64,000 bases of DNA from Octopus sinensis (Eukaryota). The translations under genes were made by a program, and so were the position numbers. Within the stretch, counting starts at the first letter, position 1. Each line of letters begins with the position of its first letter. A model generated the notes under the pieces. That model searched no databases. It was not told the DNA's origin and saw nothing but the letters and a program-made list of their open reading frames with translations. Location: NCBI RefSeq assembly GCF_006345805.1, contig NC_042997.1, positions 170,500,001 through 170,564,000 of the forward strand, written 5' to 3'. Positions 50,435 through 62,984 of this stretch are shown in pieces.

Positions 50435-50978
50435 GAGTGAGAGAGCAGTGCATGCCATCAAAGTGACACTGGGGTAAAATATACGAAGCCCAGTATATCC
50501 ATTATGACTACCTGTCTGATAAGAGTACACTAGGCACATGCATCACAACCATATGTGTGTGACATGGTGATCTTATATCAAGATAAACAGTACATGACCT
50601 TGCAGGTGGGGCCCAGTTAGAATTTTCTTCTGGTCGAGTAACCCATCCTGCTCAAAAGGACCCTGAATAAGGATTGTTTAAGGATGTTGAACGAAACAGA
50701 AGTGAATTATTCAAACCCCAAAGAATCCCTCTCAACACATGGCTATGATGCTCCCACTACTTCTGCTTGTGATCAGAGATGCACATATCATCAGCCACTA
50801 AGGGGCATGCTCAACTGGTTAAGGTCAAACAACTGACAAGTAGATCTGTGGTATTGAGCAGAATATTTGCTGTAGCCTATCTTTTATACCAAGACAAACC
50901 AATGTACATGATAAGACTTGCAATCAGTTAAGATCAGAAGCCATGAGAGCCACTGCCTGGTACTGCATCAGGGCATTT
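50435..50978 (-). mobile_element. About 550-bp (TAA)n-embedded element, copy 2
   Basis: Reverse complement of 62361-62918; (tta)n on both sides. Confidence 0.85.
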
Positions 50979-51989
50979 ATTATTATTATTATCATCATCA
51001 TCATTATTATTATTGTCAAGAATTTTGCCGAGGTCCACTTTGCCTTTCATCCTTTCGGAGTCAATAAAATAAATACCAGTTGAACACTGGGGTCGATGTA
51101 ATTGACTCATCCCCTCCCACAAAATGGCTGTCTTTGTGGCAAAATTTGAAACAATTATTATTGTCATGGCAGTGAGCTAGCAAATCATTAGCATATTCAA
51201 TAAAATGCATTGCAGCATGTCATCTGTCTTTACATTGTGAGTTCAAATTCTGCTAATGTCAGCTTTGCCTTTCATCCAATCAGGGTTGATGAAATATGTA
51301 CCAGTGGAGCATTGGACTGAATATAATCAACTATCTCCCTCTCCCTCCCTTCGGTAGGTTGTAATTTCAAGGAAATTTGGTTGTTATTTCTAGCTGTCAA
51401 GCAACTGCATAAAGACTTCCTCGTTTCATTAACTCCTAGCAAGATTCTCTTCTACTTCAAGAGTCTGCAGCTGAGATCCTCCTCCTCCTCCTCCTCCTCC
51501 TCATCATCATCATCATCATCATCACCACCATCACCACCATCACCACTATCACCCCCACCCATCATCAATTTATGCTTACTTTTCCATGATTGCATGGGTC
51601 AGACAGATTTTTATTGCGGCAGATTTTCTAAATCTGGATGCACTTCACAAAGCTTGTGTCATGCATGAATTATTGTCCCCCATTAGCTTTGGTTGATTCT
51701 CAATTTCCAATAACACACACCTGGTTGGACAGTTTCCTTCCTCTGTTGAGGTGTGAAATTCTTCAAAATATAACATCAAACATGGCCTGGTGTTCAGCAC
51801 CACAGCAGTGGTCAGCAAAACCTATGCTGCATTTGAGTAATAATAGTAGAGATAAATAAAATGTGTCCATAAATTTCCTCTTTAGTTTTGTACTCATGCT
51901 GTGAAATATTTTGAATGCACATGAGAAGCAAGGTGTACATGCCATCAAAGCAATTATGAAGCATCTTCTTTATAATTCAGGATTTGATT

Positions 51990-52711
51990 ATTTCTCTTTT
52001 ATATCTTACTTGCTTCAATCATTAGACTGTGGCCATGCTGGGGTACTTCCTTGAATTTTTAGCCAAACGAATCAATCCTAGTAGTTATTTTTTTAAAGTT
52101 ATGGGAATGCAAACGCACCAACACCGGTTGTTAAATGGTAGGGGGTGGGGGGCAAATACAAACAGAAAGATATACACACATAGATATACATCCACACAGG
52201 CATACATGTATATGTATGCATAGTTGAAATTTATAGAAAAACAAAAGACGAAGACAGGTGTATGAACAACAAGCAGGTGTATTAGTTTGATGCTATCTCA
52301 ATTACTACCTGAACTTTCTGCACCTCTCCTCATCTACGTATCAGCACTCCACCCGGATTACCCCTGGATATACATATGGATTTCACCGGACTCTTCCGTT
52401 GATGAAAATCGCTCCAATATACGATGACATTTGAACTTTCTGAACTTTTTTGAACTTACTGTTTTTCTTACTTCGTATGTTGTTACTTTGCCTTTCTAAA
52501 TCCACAAGTGTTTTTTTATCCTCTCTCTGTTTATTTTCTCTTATTCCTTTCTGTTGAAGAGCATAGGCTTGGAACATAAAAGACTTTATCATTTTTCTGA
52601 GTGTCAAACTAATACATCTGCTTGTTTTTCATGCACCTGTCTTTGTCTTTTGTTTTTCTGTAAATTTCAACTATATATAAATAAATATATATATAAATAT
52701 TTATATATATA

Positions 52712-52756
<45 letters not shown>

Positions 52757-52895
52757 CAGGCTTTTGTCAGTTTCCATCTATCAAATCCACTCACAAGGCT
52801 TTGGTCAGCCCGAGGCTATAGTAGAAGACCCTTGCCTAAGGTGCCACATAGCACAGTGGGACTGAACCCGGAACCATGTGGTTGAGAAGTAACAT
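51990..52895 (-). mobile_element. SINE family A split by a PLE-like insertion in its internal microsatellite
   Basis: 3' half at 51990-52200, 5' half at 52760-52895. Confidence 0.7.
52220..52674. mobile_element. Penelope-like remnant with 71-bp inverted ends (52220-52290 / 52604-52674); related fragment at 55620-55790
   Basis: Arms are reverse complements; internal degenerate hammerhead-like motif at 52547-52582. Confidence 0.6.
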
Positions 52896-52949
52896 TCCCT
52901 GAAAAAAACAATGCCATTTCTGTTGAATTTGAAATTCTGTATGATCTCT

Positions 52950-53305
52950 TTAACTCTTTTACTTGTTGTGATCATTAGATTGTGGCCATGCTGGAGTACC
53001 ACCTTCAAATTTTATTTGAATTAATTGACCCCAGGACTTTTTTTTTAAGCCTGGTACTTATTCAATTGGTCTCTTTTAGCTGAACTGCTATATTATGGGG
53101 ATGTAAACACACCAATACTAGTTGTGTTGTCAAACAGCAGTAGGGACAAATGCAAACACACACACACACACACACTACCAAATTTACTCAAGAGGCTTTG
53201 GTCAATCCAAGGCTATAGTAGAAAACACTTGCCCAAGGTGACACACAGTGGAAATGAACCCAGGACCATGTGGTTGGGAAGCAAACTTTTTACAACATAG
53301 CCACG
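52950..53305 (-). mobile_element. SINE family A, near full length, internal (CA)n
   Basis: Both halves present around (ac)n. Confidence 0.8.
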
Positions 53306-53329
53306 GGAACAACTTGTTAACATCCCTTG

Positions 53330-53480
53330 GGAATGACCCTATTTCTCAATGTAGAAAAGACTGAATACATAACCCTCATTGGGAATGAAAGCTACCAAAG
53401 AATTTGTTCAAACAGTGACAAACACCTCAAGAGGGACAATGATTTCAAGTACCTTGGGTACTCTGTTGCTGACTGTAAAG
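53330..53480 (+). pseudogene. Small LINE RT C-terminal relic
   Basis: NVEKTEYI...DFKYLG resembles the LN..KTE.M / FKYLG region. Confidence 0.5.
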
Positions 53481-53944
53481 ATAAGTCTTTCTGACATGCC
53501 AGGAAGAAACCTGGAGAGTCTGTAATATCTGTAGTAAGCTAGGAACGTAAGTCATTCTTAACACTATTGTGGAAATCTTGAACATTTCACATGAGTGTTT
53601 TTTGCATTCATAAATCAAGCAATAACTTATGCTTACTAAAAAAATGCATTATTCGTGATTTTGTTGTGGTTGTCCCTGTCGTAGGAGTTTTAGTACTGTT
53701 ATAATATTTTTCTCATATGTTTAACATTTTAGTTGGTATTTTAAATGTCAAATGGAAAACAAACAAAAATAATTATTTGTAAATAAAATGAAAATAAAAC
53801 ACTGTAGCATATTCTGTAACATTCATATTACTCTAATATCATGTAAGGAAATGATATCTTTTCAGAACCATAAAAGAATATTTTCAGTATATGAATCTGA
53901 AATACATACATACATATACATACATACATACATACATACATACA

Positions 53945-53976
<32 letters not shown>

Positions 53977-54218
53977 CATGCATACATACATGCATGCATA
54001 CATACATATTTATATATATTATATAATATGTATATTATGTAAATACATGTATTATAGATACACTCACACACATATGGATTGTGTGTGTACGCATGTGCCT
54101 AGGACGGCTGCTTAGAATATGGAAAGGCTTCCTGAATTGTGCAGGGTCTGCTCTGACACCACAAGGGTAGCAGTGACTCAAGGATTGAAGCTTTTAACCA
54201 AACTACTATACCTTCATT

Positions 54219-54249
<31 letters not shown>

Positions 54250-54326
54250 ATATATATATGTATATGTATATATATATATATGTATATACATATATATACA
54301 TATATATATGTATATATATATATGTG

Positions 54327-54374
<48 letters not shown>

Positions 54375-54876
54375 CACAGACAGATATACATACATACATA
54401 CATACATACGTGTGTGTGTGTATGTGAATGCATGTATGTGTGTGTGTGTGCATATGTGAATGTATGTATTGGTATGTATGGGTACGTATGTATCATTTTT
54501 GGGTATTGCAGGTACAGGTAGCTACGTGCATGTTTGTGTAGGTGGGTGCATTAATAAATCATAGAACTCAAAAATCCAAAATCCTAAATACCATGGAAGA
54601 TTGGAATAAGGAGACTCTTGATAGTTATTTATGATATTTCTATCAGCTATTTCCTCCTCCACTGCTATTATTAAATTGAACACCAACAGAAGCAACAACA
54701 ACAACAACAACAACAACAAAAACAACAACAGCAGCAGCAGTAGCAATAACAACAACAACAACCACCAGAACAACAACAGAAGTAGCATGTTATTATGTAT
54801 TGCTGAAACAAATTCAGACATAAGGAGACAGTGGCATCTGATGAAAACTGGAATTGCATGAGATGGTGATGATAAA

Positions 54877-54911
<35 letters not shown>

Positions 54912-54937
54912 CGATGATGATGATGATGATGATGATA

Positions 54938-54976
<39 letters not shown>

Positions 54977-55562
54977 TTGCTTGTATGATAGTTTCTAGCT
55001 GTCACTAGAACTTATCAAGATTTTTTTTTGTTTTGTTTTATTATCTCTTATGTAACATTAAATATAAATTGGCTGTGTTTGTATCTCTCAGAGAAAAGTG
55101 AGTTTTGCTGTAGAGATAACACGAGTGTTAAGAAGCATTTCATTGGGAAAGAAAAAAAAAAGAAGAAGAAGAAATCTTGGATGATGTTTATTTCGAGAAA
55201 ATGGCAGAAATAGGAGACCACTGTCTGTAGCAGATTATGTCTTGAACAGAATAAAATTCTTTAAATTGATGATGTCTTGCAGGAACAAAATCCTGAGATT
55301 GTTTTAAGAAATTGTAAAGTCCATTTGTAGTAATAAATATTTCTTCAACTCTGGTACATGTATATTTGTCATCATTCTTAATAAGGCAGGGTTTTTGTAG
55401 TCATGTTAATTTTGTCAACGAGTAGAAGTAAGCTGCAAATGAGCTTAAATGTTCAACTCTATTTAATCTCATTGGTATTGTAATCATTTTATACATTATA
55501 CATTTTATAGATATTACATATATACATATACACATCTGCATTTCTACACATACATACATACA

Positions 55563-55621
<59 letters not shown>

Positions 55622-55999
55622 AGAGTTTACGAAAAAAACAATAGACGAAGACAGGTGGTGTACAAAACAAACAGATGTATTAGTATAACGCCGCTCAGGA
55701 ATAGAAAAAATATTTTATGTTTCGAGCTTACGCTCTTCTACAGAAAGGGACACAGAAAAAACAAGGAGAGAAACAAGGAGAGAAAAAAATGTGTGTAGAT
55801 ATATATATAAATAAAAAATAGAAAATAAAAATTTATAAATACAAATTAATAATTTTAATTTTAAATTTAAATAATTTAAATTTTTAAATTTTATATTTTA
55901 TTTATATTTTGTATATTATATTAATTATTTTTATTTTTATGTTTTGGTTTATGTTTTGCACTGTTTGATTTGCCTAATTGTGGTTTTATCTCTAATTTA

Positions 56000-56039
<40 letters not shown>

Positions 56040-56042
56040 CTA

Positions 56043-56810
56043 TACTAGCAGAAACCCAGCCTTGCTCGGGATTAAAATGACATAGATTTTTATTGTTTTA
56101 CTTGTTTCAGTCATGTGACTGTGGCCATGCTGGAGCACCGCTGTTGGTCGAAGAAATCAACCACAGGATTTATTCTTTGTAAGCCGAGTACTCTTTCTGT
56201 CAGTGTCTTTTACCAAACTGCTAAGTTACGGGAATGTAAACACAGCAACATCAGTTGTCAAGCAATGGTGGGGGTACAAACACAAGACATGCACACACAT
56301 ACACATATATACGACACAAATATAAAGACAAAGTAATTTAACGAAAATTAATTTGAAAATACATAGTTTAAAACCAAAATTAAAAATTCTGCAAGAACTT
56401 TCTTGACAACCTAATATTTACTTGTTTAAGCATTGTATTGGATAAATTGAGAAAATAACTAAAATAGTTCAAATACTAAGAAATAAGCATACTGAAAATG
56501 AATGGGTTATTTTCCTTGGTGGTTATTTCCAGGAGGGAATGGGTTATTTCCCTTGGAAGCTTAAAAATTTTACTCCCACCATTCACTCACGCCCAAATGT
56601 TATTTTGCCTGTCGTTTACCCAAACATTTTTTCGAAATCAATTTATACTTACAACTTCCCCAGACACATAAGCAATGTGTGTGTGAAGTTTAAGAAAAAT
56701 CAGTCAAGTCGTTTTGGTGCAGAATGAGGACATACCAATATGCACAGACGCACACACACACACACACAACACACACACACACACAAACATTTTCAGTTTT
56801 AATATGTAAG

Positions 56811-56812
<2 letters not shown>
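56043..56812 (+). mobile_element. Possible non-autonomous Helitron/Helentron-like element (Lep1/HINE-like), with a SINE A 3' half at about 56090-56310
   Basis: 5' tactagcagaaacccagccttgctcggg small hairpin; 3' gaagtttaagaaaaatcagtcaagtcgtttt, (CA)n and ttttaatatgtaagat end. Confidence 0.45.
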
Positions 56813-56841
<29 letters not shown>

Positions 56842-57286
56842 ATATATAATATATATATATTATATTAAATTAGAGATAAAACCACTATTAGGCAAATCAA
56901 ACAGTGAAAATCATAAGCCAATACATAGAAATAAAATTAATTAAAAAAATATAAAATATAAAAAATATAAAATTCCAAATTAAAATATTTAAATTAAAGT
57001 AAAAATAAAAAAATTATTTAAATAATTTAAACTTATAAATTTTAAATATATATATATATATATATTATTATTATTATTATTTTATTTATTTATTTATTTA
57101 CTTTTTTAAAATTTAAGTTATATAACTATTAAAAAGTATTAAAGTTTAATATAAGGTAAAGAGTATGTATGAAATATACATGTATGTGTGTATGTATGTA
57201 TGTATGTACTTATGTATGTATGTGCATATATATATATATTTACATACATACATACATACATACATGCGTACATACATACATATATA

Positions 57287-57342
<56 letters not shown>

Positions 57343-57361
57343 GTATACATATATATGTATG

Positions 57362-57417
<56 letters not shown>

Positions 57418-57418
<1 letters not shown>

Positions 57419-57685
57419 AGGCGCAATGGCCTAGTGGTTAGGGCAGCAGACTCACGGTCGCAGGATCGCGGTTTCGATTCCCAAACCGGGCGTTGTGAGT
57501 GTTTATTGAGCAAAAACACCTAAAAGCTCCACGAGGCTCCAGCAGGGGGTGGTGATCCCTGCTGTACTCTTTCACCACTCTTTCTTCTGTTGGCCTGCTC
57601 GTCATTTGAAGGCTAAAACAATGCGAACGCATTGTGACCAGCGATGTGTAACAACATCTGGTGGTCTGGTCGGTCACGTGATCAC
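57418..57685 (+). mobile_element. SINE family C
   Basis: gaggcgcaatggcctagtggttagggcagc...gtttcgattccc. Confidence 0.75.
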
Positions 57686-57686
57686 A

Positions 57687-57738
<52 letters not shown>

Positions 57739-58154
57739 CTGCATGTATGTATATATGCTTAATGCTAGAAGCTATCAGAAACTTCATCATTCTAATACAA
57801 TTCCAGTTTCCAGTGAATTTCTATTATTTCCCTTTGGTTTAATCCATTTTTTTTCTGTAATGTGTATAATAGCATTCTTGTTTTCAGAAACCCAAACTAA
57901 ATACTGCAAATTGTTTTGTTCCTTGTTCTACCATTTCTGTCAATCCAATTCCATTATCGTAATAAAAATAATCGTCCATTTAGTCATTTTCAATTCTCTG
58001 CTGGTTGAAACCTCAGTGAGCCATTGCTAGCTTATCTATCTATGTAGGTTGTAAGCCTACCTGTTCACACTAGCTAATTGCAGGCTGGAATAAATGCTCC
58101 AGCAGTCAGGAAAATATATCTGGAGATTGACTCTCAGATGGAATTAAAACTTAA

Positions 58155-58373
58155 CCCTCTCGTTACTGTATTTATTTTGAGATGCTCTGTTTCTTTTAAT
58201 TATTTCAAATATAACAAAGAATTTAGTAAAATAACTTAGTTATCATTAAGCAGGTGTTAGGAACATAAATTGTGACTAAGGTTTGGTGGAAGATTTTAAT
58301 TCAGAACTTATGAAAACAAGACATTTGTACTACAGAGCCAGAGCCAGTTTCAGCCGGGTTGGTAACAAAAGGG
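58155..58373. mobile_element. piggyBac-type MITE
   Basis: ttaa|ccctctcgttac ... gtaacaaaaggg|ttaa. Confidence 0.8.
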
Positions 58374-58429
58374 TTAAAATACAAAAGTTACTGGTAAAGA
58401 CATGTGACACTAGTGCCTGTTCTGGAACT

Positions 58430-59013
58430 GTCAGTCTATATATCACTGGTGGAGAGGTAAATCATTGCTGCTTCTGCGGTCAAGTGTCCATCATTGACAA
58501 GACTAAACAAAGTTGAAATCATGTGATCTGGTGTTTTTGGAAGTAGTGCTGCTCTGGGTCAAGAGGATGACTGCTGGAAGACCCTGTGTTTGGCAACAGG
58601 ACTCTGCACCATGCCACACAAGCAGGAGAACCCAGTCATGGCTGTCACACAATTTCTGCGACCACATCACCTCTAACATCTGGCCACCTAACTTCCCAGA
58701 CTTCAACCCTCTTAATCATTATGTGCAGGTTGCAGTTAAGCGAGAGACCAACAAAACTCCTTGTAACACCAAAGATGAACTGAAGGCAAGGATTATGTCA
58801 GCATTCACCAACATAAACAAGGAGACTGTTCAGAAGAGTTGCAGGAGATTCCAAAGTCTTCGTTGTTGAAGCCAATAGTTATTTCATTGAATAAATTTAC
58901 TCTTTAGTATTTCAAGATATTTTTGTAATTTTGGTAAATATATGTTAAAATGAGATGTCAGTGTCATTTTCATTTTTGCATAATTTAGATGACAATATAT
59001 TCACCGCACCCTG
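58430..59013 (+). mobile_element. maT/DD37D-like Tc1-mariner 3' fragment
   Basis: WQQDSAPCHTS and IWPPNFPDFNPL (SPDLNPLDY-type) motifs; end gcaccctg|ta. Confidence 0.8.
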
Positions 59014-59079
59014 TATATACATTATATACCATTCAATATTCACAAAAACAGACAAAAACCAGTCTTGGATGAATGCCTG

Positions 59080-59122
<43 letters not shown>

Positions 59123-59954
59123 CTCCCCTCTGTGTTGTTATATCTCTTTCTCTCTATATTTTAGTTCTACTTTTGTGTCTCAGTTACTATGCCTCTTTCT
59201 CTCTGTACTTTAGTTCCACTCCCTCTCTCCACCAATCATTACCTCTCTGAACTGGCTCTCTACTTCTGACTATGTTTCTTGCTCTCTCTCTCATTCTGTT
59301 TGTCTGTCTGCCAACTATCATCTATATATAAGAAATACATGCACTAACTAATCGCTATATAAAAAATAAAATCCAATGTCACTGTTGAATATACTATCTT
59401 TAAGAGAGTGCGTTCGTGCTAATATAGACATAAATACACATACACTTACACACACACTCCAATGATTAAAAACAAGGATTTGTCTATAAAATAGTTTTTA
59501 TGGCTTTTAATTGGAGAATACTTTACATGGAACCTCACACACTTGCCAAAATGTTCAGTAGGGGAAGTTACCATCTGATTTTAGTAGTATAGTTTTTAGT
59601 GCTTCTACAACAGTATGAAACAGCAGAATTGCAGTCTATATTTTCAAAGACACTCAATGTCTACATGAAAACAATTCTGAGCAGGATATAAAAATGAGAA
59701 AAGCTTTCAATTTAGAGTTGTAAAAGATATTTTTTTTTCATCATGTTTTCAATCACTCATGACTCTGCATATTGATATTTCTTAAATTCTAAACTTAATT
59801 TCTTTTATAATTTTTGATGCATAAAAATAAATAAATAAATAAAAATAAATGAAATACTGTGTGTTTTTATTGCTAGGAAAATGTGAAATCTCTGTGAACA
59901 AATAGCACAACAAATTGAGTCATATTTACAGAGTTGTAATGTGAACCTGGAAGG

Positions 59955-60170
59955 CAGTGAGTTAGCAAAATCGTTTGCAAGTTGGACAGAAATGCTTCGT
60001 GATATTTCTTCTGAATGCCAAGCCGTACATTCTGAGTTCAAATTCTGCCAAGGTTGACCTTGCTTTCATCCCTTTCGGGGTTGATAAAATAAGTACCTGT
60101 TGACTGGGGTCGATGTAATTGACTTACTCCTTTACCCAAATTTCTGGCTTTGTACCAAAATTTGAGGTCA
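59955..60170 (+). mobile_element. SINE family B variant
   Basis: gcagtgagttagcaaaatcg...gagttcaaattctgcc...ctttcatccctttcggggttgat. Confidence 0.75.
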
Positions 60171-60724
60171 ATATTTCTTCTGACTGTTTACATTCTGAGT
60201 TCAAATCCTTGTGAGGTCAACTTTGCCTGTTATCCCTCCAGAGTTATAAAATAAAGTACCAGTCAAGTACTGGGGTTGATGTAGTTGCTTCTTTCCTCAA
60301 ACTTGTTGGTCTTAAACCCTGCAACAGACCATTGTCCTAGTCAGAGAAATGTTGTTATCTCATTTACTTACATATCATGGAAACTGGCTATGAGACTTAT
60401 GAGCCTTTGGCTTAAGAAAAAATGGTATGAACCTGATAGTTGAAATAAAATTTTTAAAAGAGCTTGCAGCTAAAAGACAAAGTAAATCAGGTGGATCAGC
60501 CAAGAACAAAATGCAATCATTGTAAGTTACTTATGATTATAATCCCAGCTAAAATCCTGGCATGCTTAACTTTGCCTTTTTGATCCTTTCATGGTAGATA
60601 AGATAATGTAGCAACCAATACTGGAGTTAGTATAATTAACTAACCCCTTCTCCAAATTTGAAGCCTTGTTAGAAATTTGTAGCTTATGTTAGAGAAAACC
60701 TTGTTAGACAATATTGTCTAACAA

Positions 60725-60727
<3 letters not shown>

Positions 60728-60816
<89 letters not shown>
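60728..60816. repeat. (TAA)n tract at the 5' junction of the RLE retrotransposon
   Basis: Direct reading. Confidence 0.95.
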
Positions 60817-60817
<1 letters not shown>

Positions 60818-62050
60818 TAGATAGGAAAACAAGAAAAATAATGACAGGATCTAGGATGCATCACCCAAAATCTGACATAGAAAGACTATATATACAACGT
60901 ATAGAAGGTGGTAGAGGCCTTATACAGCTGGAAAACTACTATAAAATAACCACCATAGGACTGCAAAAATATCTACTTCAGAAGGAAGGAAAACTGATCC
61001 AGATAGCGGCAAAACACGAGCAAAACAAAAAACTGTTCTCAGTATTTAAGGAAGCTGACAAATACAAACAAGAAATCATACCACCTAATAAACATGAAGA
61101 AGAAGAAGATGAAGAAACAACAAAAGCTATAAAACAAATGAAATCCAAACTAAAAAAAGAACAGCAACGAACCATGATAAAACGATGGCAAGAAAAGCCC
61201 CTTCATGGTAAATACTGGACTAAACTAAACGCAAAAGAAATAGACAAAGAAAAATCCCAGCAATGGTTGAGAAGCTCAGGACTCAAAGCAGAAACAGAGG
61301 GATTTTTAATTGCAGCACAAGACCAAAGCCTCCCCACCAGAAATTACCAAAAACATGTAATGAAAAGAAATATTACAAGTAACTGCAGAATATGTGGAGA
61401 TGGACAAGAAACAATAAATCATATTATCTCTAGCTGCCCAGTCTTGGCTAAGAAGGAATATATTCACAGACATGACAGAGTTGGAACCTACGTACATTGG
61501 AAGCTATGCCAACATTATGGAATAACAACAGAAAAAAGATGGTATAGGCACACACCAGAAAAGGTCACAGAAAACGAGAAAGCAACCATACTCTGGGATA
61601 TGCCGATACACACAGATAGAGAAATTAAGGCCAACAGACCAGATATAGTTGTCAGAGATCATGAAGAAAAAAAATGCTTTCTAATTGATGTATCAATACC
61701 GGCTGATGACAACGTGTCTCTAAAAGAAATGGAGAAACTCTCAAAATACAAAGACCTAGAAATAGAGGTAACTAGAATGTGGAATCTGAAAACAGAAACA
61801 ATTCCTATCATAGTAGGTGCATTAGGCATGATAAAAAAATATTCAGACAAATACATAACAAAAACACCAGGACTTACAAACACATATAACATACAGAAAA
61901 TTGCACTACTAGGCACTGCACACATCCTACGCAGAACACTTTCCATACAATAACCATCAGAGCATCACAACAAATCACAGCACATACCCAAGGCACACAG
62001 AGCTGTGCTCGGTAGTGAAGTGAAAGCACGCTATAAAAATAAAACTACTG
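60817..62050 (+). mobile_element. 5'-truncated R4/Dong-clade non-LTR retrotransposon in (TAA)n
   Basis: Frame starts IDRKTRKIM directly after (taa)n; about 100-bp 3' UTR followed by (taa)n. Confidence 0.9.
60841..61953 (+). CDS. C-terminal part of an RLE retrotransposon ORF: thumb region, CCHC knuckle, restriction-like endonuclease
   Basis: RLYIQRIEGGRGL, CRICGDGQETINHIISSC, RHD, RPDIVV, LIDVSIP, KLSKYKDL; 370 aa uninterrupted. Confidence 0.9.
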   Translation: MTGSRMHHPKSDIERLYIQRIEGGRGLIQLENYYKITTIGLQKYLLQKEGKLIQIAAKHEQNKKLFSVFKEADKYKQEIIPPNKHEEEEDEETTKAIKQMKSKLKKEQQRTMIKRWQEKPLHGKYWTKLNAKEIDKEKSQQWLRSSGLKAETEGFLIAAQDQSLPTRNYQKHVMKRNITSNCRICGDGQETINHIISSCPVLAKKEYIHRHDRVGTYVHWKLCQHYGITTEKRWYRHTPEKVTENEKATILWDMPIHTDREIKANRPDIVVRDHEEKKCFLIDVSIPADDNVSLKEMEKLSKYKDLEIEVTRMWNLKTETIPIIVGALGMIKKYSDKYITKTPGLTNTYNIQKIALLGTAHILRRTLSIQ

Positions 62051-62307
62051 AATAATAATAATGATAATAATAATAACAAATGCCCTGATGCAGTACCAGG
62101 CAGTGGCTCTCGTGGCTTCTGATCTTAATACAAGGCCAGAAATTTTGTGGGTGTGGGTAAGTTGATTACATCGATCCCAGGTATACCCTCAGTATTTATT
62201 TTATTGACCCCAAAAGGATGAAAGTCAAAGTCAGCCTCAGAAGTATTTGAACTCAGAATGTAAAGGCGGACGAAATGCCACTAAGAATTATGCCCAGTGT
62301 GCTAATG

Positions 62308-62360
<53 letters not shown>

Positions 62361-62364
<4 letters not shown>

Positions 62365-62918
62365 GCCCTGATGCAGTACCAGGCAGTGGCTCTCATGGCT
62401 TCTGATCTTAACTGATTGGAAGTTAAGTCATGTACATTGTTTTGTCTTGGTATAAAAGATGGGCTACAGCAAATATTCTGCTCAATACCACAGATTTGCT
62501 TGTCAGTTGTTTGACCATAACCAGTTGAGCATGTCCCTTAGTGGCTGACGATATGTGCATCTCTGATCACGAGCAGAAGTAGTGGGGGAGCATCATGGCC
62601 ATGTGTTGAGAGGGATTCTTTGGGGTTTGAATAATTCACCTCTGGAAATATGGGTGTTTTGTTCAACTTCCTTAAACAATCCTTATTCAGGGACCTTTTG
62701 AGCGGGATGGGTTACTCAACCAGAAGAAAATTCTAACTGGGCCCCACCTGCAAGGTCATGTGCTGTTTATCTTGATATGATATCACCATGTCGTGCACAT
62801 ATGTTTGTGATGCATGTGCCTAGTGTACCCTTATCAGATGGGTAGTCATGATGGGTATATTGGGCTTTGTATATTTTACCCCAGTGTCACTTTGATGGCA
62901 TGCACTGCTCTCTCACTC
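62361..62918 (+). mobile_element. About 550-bp (TAA)n-embedded element, copy 3 (isolated 5' 50 bp at 62078-62128)
   Basis: aaatgccctgatgcagtaccagg ... gcactgctctctcactc, flanked by (taa)n. Confidence 0.85.
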
Positions 62919-62979
<61 letters not shown>

Positions 62980-62984
62980 GTCCT

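Noticed and set aside
54660-54790. PolyQ/polyN-like stretch
   Set aside because: In-frame stop in the Q frame; ordinary (CAA/CAG)n repeat
789-59250. Most ORFs in the supplied track (poly-HT, YI, CV, N, I, H peptides)
   Set aside because: They are translations of microsatellites and SINEs, with no coding signal
62361-62460. HDV-like ribozyme at the 5' end of the TAA element
   Set aside because: I could not build P1/P2/P1.1 with a canonical L3 by hand; a covariance search is needed
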